Origin: Chitinophaga pinensis
Lineage (GTDB): Bacteria; Bacteroidota; Bacteroidia; UKL13-3
Length of the DNA stretch: 64,000 nt
NCBI GenBank assembly: GCA_945898275.1
Contig: CAMDHZ010000008.1
Location: forward strand, 67,542 to 131,541
Reading direction: 5' to 3'
The translations under genes and the position numbers were made by a program. Positions 47,993-57,295 of the stretch are shown piece by piece; the stretch's first letter is position 1, and the number at the start of each line of letters is the position of its first letter. The notes below the pieces were generated by a model. That model did no database searches, was not told the origin of the DNA, and worked only from the letters and a program-made list of their open reading frames with translations.

Positions 47993-50131
47993 TTGAAGAT
48001 TCCCCAACGTTTTAGTTTCTGGATAAATAGTGTATTGAATAGCTATGCACAAGTGTTTTTTAGCCTTAATAAAGTTTTGGCCATAACCTTGTTTGCAGTA
48101 ACCTTTATTAATCCAAGTGTTGGTGTATTCGGATTGCTAAGTGTCTTGGGCAGCAATGTGATGGCCTATGTTTTAGGCTTTGATAAAAAGCAAGTTGAAA
48201 AAGGGATTTATGGTTTTAATGCCTTGTTACTTGGCTTGGCATTGGGTTATTTATATGCCTTTTCACTTGCCTTTCTTTTATTATTCATCATTTCCATTTT
48301 TGCCGTTTTTTTTATCACAGCAGCTTTACAGGCCTCCATGGGTAAAATAAATTTACCATTTTTAAGCCTGCCATTTTTGTTTTGCTATTGGATGATTGCA
48401 TTGGCTTCTCCTCAATTAAGTGCCTTAAGTTTTAAGACTATACAAACTTTGCAAGTTGAATTTAGTTACTTTGAATTTCCAGCTTTTTGGAAAGTGTTTT
48501 TTAATACGCTATCTGCTACCTTTTTCAATAAATCTGTTTGGGGTGGTTTATTAATTGCAATTGCGTTGTTTCTTTCCTCGAGAATTGCATTTAGCTTAGC
48601 CTTATTAGCCTACCTTTCTGCTTATGGTGCTTATCAAGTTTTTGGCGTGGATGTAGCAGCATTAACAGATAACTTGGTTGGTTCAAACTTTATCTTTTTT
48701 GGAATTGCAATTGGCTGCTTTTACCTTATTCCAAATGTGTATTCTTATTTAACAGTGATTGTTTTTACACCAATTTTAATGCTGTTATTGGTCGGTTTGA
48801 ACCAAGCGTTTGCGGTGTTTCATTTAAATGGGTTTACCCTCGCTTTTACTTTGTTAACCATGTTGGTATTGTATGCCTTACACCACAGGTGGATTCCTCG
48901 CTTTTTATACTTGGTGCAAATCCAGTATTATTCTGCAGAAACTACAATTTATAAATATCTAAGCGCAGTAAAAAGGTTAAAATATGCGCAACACAATCAA
49001 TTTGCACTTCCCTTTTTTGGAAGCTGGAAGGTAAGTCAAGGGTATGATGGAAAATTAACTCACTTGGGCGAATGGAGTAATGCCTTAGATTTTGTAATTA
49101 GCGATGAGCAAAACAAAACGTATCAGCTAAGTGGATTAAAAATGAGTGATTATTATTGCTACAATAAACCTGTTTTAGCTCCTGCTGATGGGCTCGTGAT
49201 TCAGATTGTTAATCACATAGACGATAATGAAGTTGGTGAGGTGGATACCAAACAAAATTGGGGAAATACCATTATTCTTAAACATGCCGAAGGTTTGTTT
49301 TCTCAAATAAGTCATCTGAAGAAAGATTCTTTTAAAGTTAATGAAGGCGCATGGGTGAGCAAAGGAACTGTTATAGCAAGTTGTGGAGCAAGTGGAAGGT
49401 CTCCAGAGCCACATATTCATTTTCAAATTCAACAATCTCCTTTGATTGGTTCAAAAACTTTGATTTACCCAATTGCTTATTATATGAGTCAAGATGTTTC
49501 TGGATTGCAGTTAAATTATTTTGAGATACCAAAAGAAGATGCGCTCATTTTTAATGTAGAAACCCAAACTTCTTTAAAGCAAGCTTTCGATTGGCAACCT
49601 GGCAAAAAATTAGTTTGGTTCAACCAAAAACATCCTTCTAAATTAACCAGTTTTGAAGTGTTTACAGACGCCTATAATAGAACTTATATTTTTTGCGCTT
49701 CAACAGGTTCTTACGCCTATTTCATTAATGATGGCTCTCGCTTTTACTTTACAGATTTTGAAGGGGATAAGAAGGGTTTTCTTTTTCAATTGTATCTATC
49801 TTGTTTTTCTGTTTTATTAGCGCATTATCCCTCGCTCAAAATGAAAGATAACATCCCACAAATACATTTTCAAGTGCCAATATTGCATTGGATTCAAGAT
49901 GTAATTGCGCCATTTTATGTGTTTAACAAAGTTGTTTTCGAAGGTGAAAGTAGTTTAACTAATAGTTCTGCAATGCAGTCTAATTATTTGCTTTCAAGTG
50001 AAATTGTAACGCGTTTTATGGGGTTAAAAGTAGCAGCTCAAAGTTACAAAGTTGCTATTGGAAAGAAGGGCTTAGAAAAAATAGAATTTCAACAAAATGG
50101 TGTTAATGAAGAGTGGCTATGCATAAACTAA
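47993..50131 (+). CDS. Fusion protein: N-terminal urea-transporter (UT)-like polytopic membrane domain + C-terminal M23/LytM metallopeptidase domain
   Basis: The N-terminal ~330 aa have about 10 TM segments and a UT-like signature (…NSYAQVFF…GIYGFNALLLGLALGY). The C-terminal M23 motifs are HAEGLFSQISHL and GASGRSPEPHIHFQIQ (HxxxD/HxH). Confidence 0.6.
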   Translation: MKIPQRFSFWINSVLNSYAQVFFSLNKVLAITLFAVTFINPSVGVFGLLSVLGSNVMAYVLGFDKKQVEKGIYGFNALLLGLALGYLYAFSLAFLLLFIISIFAVFFITAALQASMGKINLPFLSLPFLFCYWMIALASPQLSALSFKTIQTLQVEFSYFEFPAFWKVFFNTLSATFFNKSVWGGLLIAIALFLSSRIAFSLALLAYLSAYGAYQVFGVDVAALTDNLVGSNFIFFGIAIGCFYLIPNVYSYLTVIVFTPILMLLLVGLNQAFAVFHLNGFTLAFTLLTMLVLYALHHRWIPRFLYLVQIQYYSAETTIYKYLSAVKRLKYAQHNQFALPFFGSWKVSQGYDGKLTHLGEWSNALDFVISDEQNKTYQLSGLKMSDYYCYNKPVLAPADGLVIQIVNHIDDNEVGEVDTKQNWGNTIILKHAEGLFSQISHLKKDSFKVNEGAWVSKGTVIASCGASGRSPEPHIHFQIQQSPLIGSKTLIYPIAYYMSQDVSGLQLNYFEIPKEDALIFNVETQTSLKQAFDWQPGKKLVWFNQKHPSKLTSFEVFTDAYNRTYIFCASTGSYAYFINDGSRFYFTDFEGDKKGFLFQLYLSCFSVLLAHYPSLKMKDNIPQIHFQVPILHWIQDVIAPFYVFNKVVFEGESSLTNSSAMQSNYLLSSEIVTRFMGLKVAAQSYKVAIGKKGLEKIEFQQNGVNEEWLCIN

Positions 50132-51432
50132 TAATAGGTTTTTTATTGTTATTTTCTTTCGTTTCAAATGCTCAAACGCCTGCTGAAACTTATATTGATA
50201 GTCTTAGTTATGCCTTTTTTAATCAGTATGACTATTCAGAATTAAAACAACTCGGCAAAGAAAGTTTAAAGCAAGGAATAGATTTCTTTTACCTCAGAAC
50301 GCGATTGGGAATTGTTGCTTTTAGAGAGGCAAATTATGAAGCAGCTTGGCATCATTTTGAAAAAGCAGAAAAAATGCAATCTGGCGATAATGTGGTTTTA
50401 GAATATCTCTATTGGAGTTACGTATATACAGGACAAAATGATAAGGCAAATGCCTTGTATGAAAAATATCAAAGTTTGGTTCAAAGCATTCTCCCTGGAA
50501 TAGCCAATAAACAACAAAGCGAAATTGAAATAGGCACACTGCAAACCCAAAACCAAAAGAATTACTTTGATCAGGTGTTAAGAAAAACGGGTGATGCCTA
50601 TGCTGGTGGGAGTTTCTTTTCTTCCATGCATTACTTAAGGTTGTATCATGAACAAAGATTTAAACATAATTGGAGAATCTTTGCTGGTGCTGGAATGTAT
50701 CAGGTGCAAAGTTTTTCAAATGTTTGGACCGAAAACCAATTTCCACCACCCGATAGCTTTTCCTTAAGCCAAAGCGATCCAAATGTTCAGCTTAATTTTG
50801 GTTTATCAAAGTTGTTTTCAAAGGGCATTCGTGCATCTTTTTCTGCAAGTTATTATCATGAAAGATTTACCTCAAATGGTCAGAATACTCAACAGAGTTT
50901 GCTATCTAATAATTATTATGGTGTTGCTGCGGCTATAAGTAAGCGATTTAAATCGTTTGAGCCTGTTGTATTAGTTTCAGTTTTTGATGTTGACGCTGCC
51001 GATAGAATTCAAGTTGAGGCTGGAATTACTTTATTCCCATTTAAAAAGAATAACTTCTTTTCTTTTTCTTCAATTGGTTATGCAAATAATCAGTTTACAC
51101 AAACAAGTGGTTTGATAGCTTTACAGAAATTGGGTTATCATTTTAACAAAAGCACCATGGTTCAAACTTCTTTTTTATATGGTGAGCTAGATAACTATAT
51201 GGGAAATCTAGGATTTGTTACCCTCAATACTTTCGATCCAGTTGATTGGATTGGTTCGGTTCAAGCCGAATTTAAAAAAGGTAAATTAACTTGGTTACCA
51301 GGGTATCAATTGCAATCAAGAAGTAGTTTTTATTCACAATCTCAATCTCTAAACAATATTGAAGATTATAGCAATACAGAATATTCTTATTTTAGTCACT
51401 TAATTTATTTAACCTTAAGATATACACCTTAA
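50113..51432 (+). CDS. Hypothetical secreted protein, possible outer-membrane beta-barrel
   Basis: It has a signal peptide (LLLFSFVSNAQ). The N-terminal part is TPR-like and helical. The C-terminal part has an alternating beta-strand pattern. It overlaps the upstream gene. Confidence 0.4.
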   Translation: MAMHKLIIGFLLLFSFVSNAQTPAETYIDSLSYAFFNQYDYSELKQLGKESLKQGIDFFYLRTRLGIVAFREANYEAAWHHFEKAEKMQSGDNVVLEYLYWSYVYTGQNDKANALYEKYQSLVQSILPGIANKQQSEIEIGTLQTQNQKNYFDQVLRKTGDAYAGGSFFSSMHYLRLYHEQRFKHNWRIFAGAGMYQVQSFSNVWTENQFPPPDSFSLSQSDPNVQLNFGLSKLFSKGIRASFSASYYHERFTSNGQNTQQSLLSNNYYGVAAAISKRFKSFEPVVLVSVFDVDAADRIQVEAGITLFPFKKNNFFSFSSIGYANNQFTQTSGLIALQKLGYHFNKSTMVQTSFLYGELDNYMGNLGFVTLNTFDPVDWIGSVQAEFKKGKLTWLPGYQLQSRSSFYSQSQSLNNIEDYSNTEYSYFSHLIYLTLRYTP

Positions 51433-51434
51433 TT

Positions 51435-52040
51435 ATGAACAAGCTAATACTCTCTGTTTTCATGTTAATCTCCGGATTTTCAGCCCTAGCTCAAGAAAAT
51501 TTAAAGATTGCTTTTCAAAAAAGTTATGAGCAAGAAAAGGCTAAGCAATACAAAGAAGCTTTGCAAACCATCATGGCTTTTAATGACCCAAGTGTTTATG
51601 AAACTCAATTAAGGTTGGGCTGGTTAAATTATTTAGCTGGCAATTTTGCTAAGTCAGCAGAGCATTATCAAAAGGCTGGAGACTTAGTTCCTACTGCTAT
51701 AGAGCCACTTTGGGGCATTATTTATCCTTTGAGTGCTTTAGAAAAATGGACCAACGTAGAAAATGTATACAAAGAAATATTAAGGCGTGACCCAAAGAAT
51801 ACCAAAGCAAATTATTACATGGGATTAATTTATTATAATAGGAAAGATTATACCAATGCTAAAAAGTTTTTAATGGAGGTATATCAACTTTATCCTTTCG
51901 ATTTAGATGCTTGTTTGCTTTTGGGCTGGACGCATTATTTCTTGGGCAATAAAGTGGAGGCCAAAAAGATGTTTAACAAGGTTTTACTGCAACAATCAAC
52001 CAATGCTTCGGCCAAAGAAGGCTTAGGTTTGTGTGGTTAA
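51435..52040 (+). CDS. Secreted TPR-repeat protein
   Basis: 201 aa with a signal peptide and 3-4 TPR-like repeats. It starts 2 nt after the upstream stop. Confidence 0.5.
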   Translation: MNKLILSVFMLISGFSALAQENLKIAFQKSYEQEKAKQYKEALQTIMAFNDPSVYETQLRLGWLNYLAGNFAKSAEHYQKAGDLVPTAIEPLWGIIYPLSALEKWTNVENVYKEILRRDPKNTKANYYMGLIYYNRKDYTNAKKFLMEVYQLYPFDLDACLLLGWTHYFLGNKVEAKKMFNKVLLQQSTNASAKEGLGLCG

Positions 52041-52046
52041 ACCCGA

Positions 52047-52463
52047 ATGATTACATTTGGAAAAATTATTCCATTGAAAGACTTTAAGAAATACTATATC
52101 ATTACAGCCACGCCAGAGGAGGTTTATTTGGCTTTAACCACCGAAATTACCATTCAATTATGGACCAGTGATTTTGCGCATTTTGTTGCAGAGCCGGGTA
52201 CTGAATTTTCTATGTGGGATGGTAGTATTATTGGAAAAAATTTAGTACTTGAACCGAGTAAAAAAATTGAGCAACAATGGTATTTTGGAGAAGAAGAAAC
52301 AGATACGCCAAGTATTGTTACCATCAAATTACATGAACACAAGCAGGGAACCTCGATGGAAGTAAGGCAAAGTAATATTCCTGATGAAGCTTATGATGAT
52401 ATTACTGAAGGCTGGGACAACTCTTATGCAGGCGCATTGCAAGAGTTTTATGAGGAAGATTAA
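52047..52463 (+). CDS. SRPBCC-superfamily protein (AHSA1/Aha1-like)
   Basis: 138 aa. Its size and residue pattern fit the Aha1/BPI-like START/Bet v1 fold. It is the last gene of the operon. Confidence 0.45.
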   Translation: MITFGKIIPLKDFKKYYIITATPEEVYLALTTEITIQLWTSDFAHFVAEPGTEFSMWDGSIIGKNLVLEPSKKIEQQWYFGEEETDTPSIVTIKLHEHKQGTSMEVRQSNIPDEAYDDITEGWDNSYAGALQEFYEED

Positions 52464-52497
52464 TTAAATCTGTTTGATCTAAGTTTAATAGTTTAGA

Positions 52498-53268
52498 TTA
52501 TTTATGTCTGAACCAACAATCCTTTCGCTCATTTTCATACATTTTAAAAATAGTGTTAACGGGTGTGCCGTGTATTAATTGGCTGTTAAATTGAGTTCTT
52601 GCTAGGTAATTAAAGGCTCCCATGTCGCCCGTATATTCGCTTTGATTGTCTAGGTTGTATTTTAAATGGATGTCACAGAGTTTTTGAATTAGTTCTTTCA
52701 TCACAGTAATGTTTCCTCCAATGATGCCGCAATTTAGGAGGAAATCATTTGCATGCTGCTCCTCGAAATCAACATAATCCTTAATTTTACTGCGCAAGTG
52801 GGTTGAATGTGCATGCATCCATTCGTTGTTAAGGATGATTGGCTCATCTCCGCAGAAGATAGCTTGAGGATTTTCCAAAAATAGTTGCTCCTTAAAAGGG
52901 TTTTTAACCACAACTACATCCGCGATATCGGTTACAAAAATACTTTCTAATTTATGAAAGTGTTTTTCAATAAAATCTCTATAAACAAAATAACGATAGG
53001 TATTTGTGTTGAACTGAGGGTTAAAATCTACTTTAACAAATTTGATGTATTCAGTTTCAAATTGCTTGCAGGTTTCGTTGGAAAATTTGTTGTGAAAAAT
53101 AACCCCATGAAGTTTTAAGGCTGAGATAGATTCTGCCCATTCTCGCACCAATTCATAATAGTCATCTGGTAAAGTAGTTTTTCTATTGACATCATATATA
53201 CCAGAAAAAAGACAAGCCAAGATTAGGTTTTTGGAAGTTGGAATGTAATTCCGAATTTCATCTGCCAT
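52498..53268 (-). CDS. Hypothetical protein (256 aa), co-transcribed with a GT2 glycosyltransferase
   Basis: Its start overlaps the stop of the upstream GT2 gene. I recognised no motif. Confidence 0.4.
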   Translation of the reverse strand: MADEIRNYIPTSKNLILACLFSGIYDVNRKTTLPDDYYELVREWAESISALKLHGVIFHNKFSNETCKQFETEYIKFVKVDFNPQFNTNTYRYFVYRDFIEKHFHKLESIFVTDIADVVVVKNPFKEQLFLENPQAIFCGDEPIILNNEWMHAHSTHLRSKIKDYVDFEEQHANDFLLNCGIIGGNITVMKELIQKLCDIHLKYNLDNQSEYTGDMGAFNYLARTQFNSQLIHGTPVNTIFKMYENERKDCWFRHK

Positions 53269-53921
53269 TAAACTTGTGGAATTAGATTTTGCTTTTTAAG
53301 AGATGAACAAATGCTATTGGGAACATTTCTATAATAAACATAAGTTCTTAGGTTAGCTTTTTTTACCCTAAATTGTTTTTTGGCTCGAGCAAAAAATTCT
53401 GCATCTGCTGCAAAACTGTCCCTAAAAAATAGAGTTGTAAATACTTCTCTTCTCCCAAATAAGGTGGCAAATAAGGTACATTCATCTACATGTATTAAGC
53501 GAGTTATGTCATTTTTATCCGGAACATAATAGTCTTCCAAACTATCCACAACTGTTTCTGTAGAAGAAGAAATTAAATCTACATAATCCATTTCTTGCAG
53601 GCAGGCGCTTAAGTGATGCGGTTTATAGGCATCATCGCTGTCAATGATGGTAATAAATTCTCCCACACTCTTAACTATCCCGCGATTGATAGACTGTGAT
53701 TGACCGCAGTTGCTATGTCTCATGTAAATGATTTTATCTTCATTTAATTCAACATATTTTGCAATTTTACGGCTGCAACTCAACTCACTGCCATCGTCAA
53801 TAATAATAAATTCAAAATCTTGCAAATCTTGGTTCAAAACCGAATCTATAGCCCTCTTTACCAATGCGAAATCAGTATTGTAAACAGCCATTAAAACAGA
53901 TACTTTTACTTGATTTGACAT
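53268..53921 (-). CDS. Glycosyltransferase family 2
   Basis: The N-terminal GT-A motifs are VSVLMAVYNTD and FIIIDDGSEL (DxD). Confidence 0.8.
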   Translation of the reverse strand: MSNQVKVSVLMAVYNTDFALVKRAIDSVLNQDLQDFEFIIIDDGSELSCSRKIAKYVELNEDKIIYMRHSNCGQSQSINRGIVKSVGEFITIIDSDDAYKPHHLSACLQEMDYVDLISSSTETVVDSLEDYYVPDKNDITRLIHVDECTLFATLFGRREVFTTLFFRDSFAADAEFFARAKKQFRVKKANLRTYVYYRNVPNSICSSLKKQNLIPQV

Positions 53922-54093
53922 TATTTTTCTTAAATAAGAAGTTACGAATGTAATTGCCGTATCTTAAGAATAGGTTAAGTTAAATTTAATATTACAAACT
54001 ACCTTACCTTATAAAAGTATTTTTGGATTACTTTTTCAAAATGAAAATTTTTAAGTCAAATGGTTTTTCTTTGAGTTAACAAAACCAAAAATC

Positions 54094-55467
54094 ATGAAAC
54101 GAAAAATTTACTTTTTAGCTTTATTTTTCTTAAGTTATAGCGCTGCTATTGCACAAATTTCGCCAGATTTAACGGGTAGACTGCAAAACACACTTGATAG
54201 TATTTGCACAAAATACAAGGTTAAAGGTGCTTCTGCTGCTTTGCTTTTGCCTAATGTTGGCACATGGACAGGCACCTTTGGAATCTCTAAACCAGGTGTA
54301 CCCATATCTCCACAAATGGCCTTAGGAATGGGTAGCAATACCAAAACCTATATTGCAGCTCTCCTGCTAAAATTACAAGAAAAAGGTTTGTTAGATTTAG
54401 ATGATTCTATTGGTAAATGGATTCAAGGTTACCCAAACATCAATACCAGCGCTAGCATTAGGCAATGCCTAAATCACACCTCTGGTAATAAAGAATATTT
54501 GAACGCTAGTTTTAACGATAGCCTTCTTTTAAATCCACCTAAAATCTGGACCATGGAAGAAGTATTAAGTACTGTTGGTGCGCCCAACTTTGCACCTGGA
54601 GCTTCTTGGGGCTATTCAAATACCAATTTTATAGTAGCTGGAATCATTATTGAAAAGGTGGCTAAAATGTCTTTTGCCAATGCAATGAGTGTTTATGTTC
54701 TTGAACCTAATAATTGGAATAGTACTTTCTTTTTTGGCGAACCAAATCCGGCACCTATTCCTAGTCAGTGGACCATGAACCTTACAGGAACCAGCTTGGT
54801 TGAAATGAATACTTATCCAATAAATATTATCAATCAATTGTTTAGTGCTGCGGGCCCCGCAGGGGCCATGATGGTAACAGCAGAGGAGAATGTTCAATTC
54901 TGGTACAAACTTATCAAAGGTGATTTATTATCTAAAGCATCGCTTCAAGAAATGACCAGCACCGTTAGGCTAAATAATTCTGTGTCTTATGGCCTTGGAA
55001 TTTTTAGGTATAACAGAGAAATAAATAACCGCACTATATACTGTCATGGCGGAACTTTTATTGGCTTCATCAACGAGAATGCAGTTGACACACTTTCGGG
55101 CGTTACCATTTCTGTATTAACCAATCAAGATAGTTTAGATAACGATTTTCTGTTATCTGTAGTTATTCCAGCCTTGCACAAACATGTGCTTAATGCGCCG
55201 CCAACTGGCATAGATGACTTTAACAACAATGCCTCATTTAAACTTTTTCCAAATCCTGCCAATGATTTTGTGAATATCGATTATCCTTTGGCTAATGCAA
55301 ATGATGTTTGCCAAATCATTGATATCAATGGGAGAATTGTGAAGCAACAGTTCTTGGTTCAAACCAAGCTAAACCTTACCGACTTAAACAATGGCGTTTA
55401 TTTCTTGCAAATTTTTAAGCACAATGGCAATGCTGTTTTAACGCAAAAACTTGTTGTAGCACACTAA
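54094..55467 (+). CDS. Class C beta-lactamase-related serine hydrolase with a T9SS C-terminal sorting domain
   Basis: It has a signal peptide and the SxxK active-site motif GSNTKT. The C-terminal sorting domain reads FKLFPNPANDFVNIDY…. Confidence 0.7.
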   Translation: MKRKIYFLALFFLSYSAAIAQISPDLTGRLQNTLDSICTKYKVKGASAALLLPNVGTWTGTFGISKPGVPISPQMALGMGSNTKTYIAALLLKLQEKGLLDLDDSIGKWIQGYPNINTSASIRQCLNHTSGNKEYLNASFNDSLLLNPPKIWTMEEVLSTVGAPNFAPGASWGYSNTNFIVAGIIIEKVAKMSFANAMSVYVLEPNNWNSTFFFGEPNPAPIPSQWTMNLTGTSLVEMNTYPINIINQLFSAAGPAGAMMVTAEENVQFWYKLIKGDLLSKASLQEMTSTVRLNNSVSYGLGIFRYNREINNRTIYCHGGTFIGFINENAVDTLSGVTISVLTNQDSLDNDFLLSVVIPALHKHVLNAPPTGIDDFNNNASFKLFPNPANDFVNIDYPLANANDVCQIIDINGRIVKQQFLVQTKLNLTDLNNGVYFLQIFKHNGNAVLTQKLVVAH

Positions 55468-55513
55468 AAACTATTTTTTAAATAAGTTTCGGTTTGAACC
55501 AAACACCGATAAT

Positions 55514-55553
55514 AAAAATGCCGACTCAAAATTATGAGTCGGCATTTTTTATT
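55514..55553. terminator. Bidirectional rho-independent terminator
   Basis: The stem GCCGACTC/GAGTCGGC has an 8-nt loop, an A-run upstream and a T6 run downstream, between convergent genes. Confidence 0.7.
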
Positions 55554-56148
55554 TAAAATTTACTTTTAAGCCTATAGCGCGGTTTTCTATGCCAGGGCTG
55601 TAAACTAAATAAAGTGTTTTTCCTTTCAATTCTTTTAAATCAATGTTGCTTTTTCCAGGTTCAAAAATACTGCTAACACTTCTTAAGCCTATCCAATTAT
55701 CCTTTGTGGTTCCCCAAACTTGATCAAATCGAATAAATTCCTCATCCTCAGAAAACGCATATAGGCAGTGGTAACCGTCAGAAGCATTGTTTACAACACT
55801 TAAATCATGGTCTTGGTTCTTACTGTTTTCGGCAAAGGTTTGTGGTGGCGTAAATACATCAATTTTCTCTAATTGATTGAGGTTGGCATAATGATAGGCC
55901 ATCGAATCATAACTGCAATTTAGAAACACACAATCTGTATTTTGGGTAGAAAAGTATAATCTAAAAGAGTCTGTGCTTAAAACAATTTCTTTAGTTTTAT
56001 CTGTTATCACCAAGCTGTCTTTTCCTTGCACAATGCTAAGAGTGGTTTTAGGAAGAGTATCATTTGAATTGATCCAATTCCCCATTAACTTTTGGTTCAA
56101 ACCAAATGAAAACAGAAGGACAATAATAATTATGTGTTTAAATTTCAT
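55549..56148 (-). CDS. Hypothetical secreted protein
   Basis: 199 aa with a signal peptide. I saw no recognisable motif. Confidence 0.45.
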   Translation of the reverse strand: MKFKHIIIIVLLFSFGLNQKLMGNWINSNDTLPKTTLSIVQGKDSLVITDKTKEIVLSTDSFRLYFSTQNTDCVFLNCSYDSMAYHYANLNQLEKIDVFTPPQTFAENSKNQDHDLSVVNNASDGYHCLYAFSEDEEFIRFDQVWGTTKDNWIGLRSVSSIFEPGKSNIDLKELKGKTLYLVYSPGIENRAIGLKVNFK

Positions 56149-56201
56149 AATTGTTTTTTTATTTCATTTTATGATTAAACAATTAATGCAAAAAAATGGC
56201 A

Positions 56202-56234
56202 AAAAAAAAGACCCAAAATATTTTGGGTCTTTTG
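56202..56234 (-). terminator. Rho-independent terminator downstream of tRNA-Val
   Basis: On the minus strand the hairpin GACCCAAAATATTTTGGGTC is followed by a T9 run. Confidence 0.5.
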
Positions 56235-56309
56235 TGGAGGCTATAGGATTCGAACCTATGACCCTCTGCTTGTAAGGCAGATGCTCTAAACCAACTGAGC
56301 TAAGCCTCC
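56235..56309 (-). tRNA. tRNA-Val (anticodon TAC)
   Basis: I folded the cloverleaf by hand. The acceptor stem is GGAGGCT/AGCCTCC and the anticodon stem is TCTGC/GCAGA. The anticodon loop is CTTACAA, the T-arm is ATAGGTTCGAATCCTAT, and the discriminator is A. No CCA is encoded. Confidence 0.9.
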
Positions 56310-56428
56310 TATTGTATTCCCGAAAGGGGAGTGCAAAGATAATTTTGAAGTGGATATTTGCAAGCCTTTTCTTAAAAATGTTTAGTTAAACAGGATTATA
56401 ATTATTCTATTTATTCAAAATCAAGCGC

Positions 56429-56725
56429 TTAATTTTCTTTTTTGATACTAATATATTGCTTTAGGTTTTTAACATAAGCTTCAAATGCAGCAATTCCATC
56501 TTTGCTGATTTTACAAGTAGTTAGAGGGAAATTGTCTTTAAATGATTTCTCAATTTCAATATAACCTGCCTCTTTTAGCTTTTGCAATTGAACACTTAAG
56601 TTTCCTGCAGTTGCTCCAGTTTTCTCTTTTAAAAATGTAAAGTCGGCTTCTTTTACCGAAATCAAAAGTGATATGACGGCCAACCTAAGTTGAGAATGAA
56701 GTATCGGGTCAAGCTCCTTAAACAT
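56429..56725 (-). CDS. Small winged-helix transcriptional regulator
   Basis: 98 aa with an HTH-like segment LRLAVISLL…GNLSVQLQKLKEAGYIE. It overlaps the upstream membrane-protein gene, forming a 2-gene unit. Confidence 0.5.
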   Translation of the reverse strand: MFKELDPILHSQLRLAVISLLISVKEADFTFLKEKTGATAGNLSVQLQKLKEAGYIEIEKSFKDNFPLTTCKISKDGIAAFEAYVKNLKQYISIKKEN

Positions 56726-57290
56726 TCTTTTTAAATAACATATTTAGTAAATGTTCTGGAACTACAAATCCAGCCAAAACGCCAGCAGCTAACAATAACA
56801 ATTGATGTTGATAAGGCATAAAAAAAGCTATTGCACCCAATGCCCAAACAGCTAAAGCCCCATATTGTAAGGGCTTAAACCTGAGAATACCGCCTGATAC
56901 AAACAATGCAAAAGCATAAACTACCATCAGAGTTGGAAAGAATGAACGCCAGTTGTTTTGTGTCATTGGCATGATAAAACAAACAATAAATAAACTGATG
57001 GTAAAGGCAATCATTAAATGTCTGAACATTTCGTCAATGTAGGTTATGGTTGTTTGTTTTTTCTTGTCTTTAATACCTTTAATAATACTCACCAATCCTC
57101 CAAAAGGCATTGCAATAGCCCATACTAAGGCATGTTTCGGGTGATTCATCATCAGCATTATATAATCTGTTATGGCAGATAAAAATACTAAATAACCCCA
57201 AAACATATAGTAAAAACCATTGTCTTTGATTTCTCTTTTTGCACTTAGAATCATGTTTTCTATAAGTGCCAAGGCTTGATTTGTTTCCAT
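56718..57290 (-). CDS. Hypothetical integral membrane protein (4-5 TM)
   Basis: 190 aa and hydrophobic. It is co-transcribed with the wHTH regulator. Confidence 0.45.
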   Translation of the reverse strand: METNQALALIENMILSAKREIKDNGFYYMFWGYLVFLSAITDYIMLMMNHPKHALVWAIAMPFGGLVSIIKGIKDKKKQTTITYIDEMFRHLMIAFTISLFIVCFIMPMTQNNWRSFFPTLMVVYAFALFVSGGILRFKPLQYGALAVWALGAIAFFMPYQHQLLLLAAGVLAGFVVPEHLLNMLFKKNV

Positions 57291-57295
57291 TTTGT

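Noticed and set aside
55973-56275. 100-aa plus-strand ORF
   Set aside because: It overlaps tRNA-Val and its terminator on the opposite strand and reads through an A/T-rich spacer. I judge it spurious.
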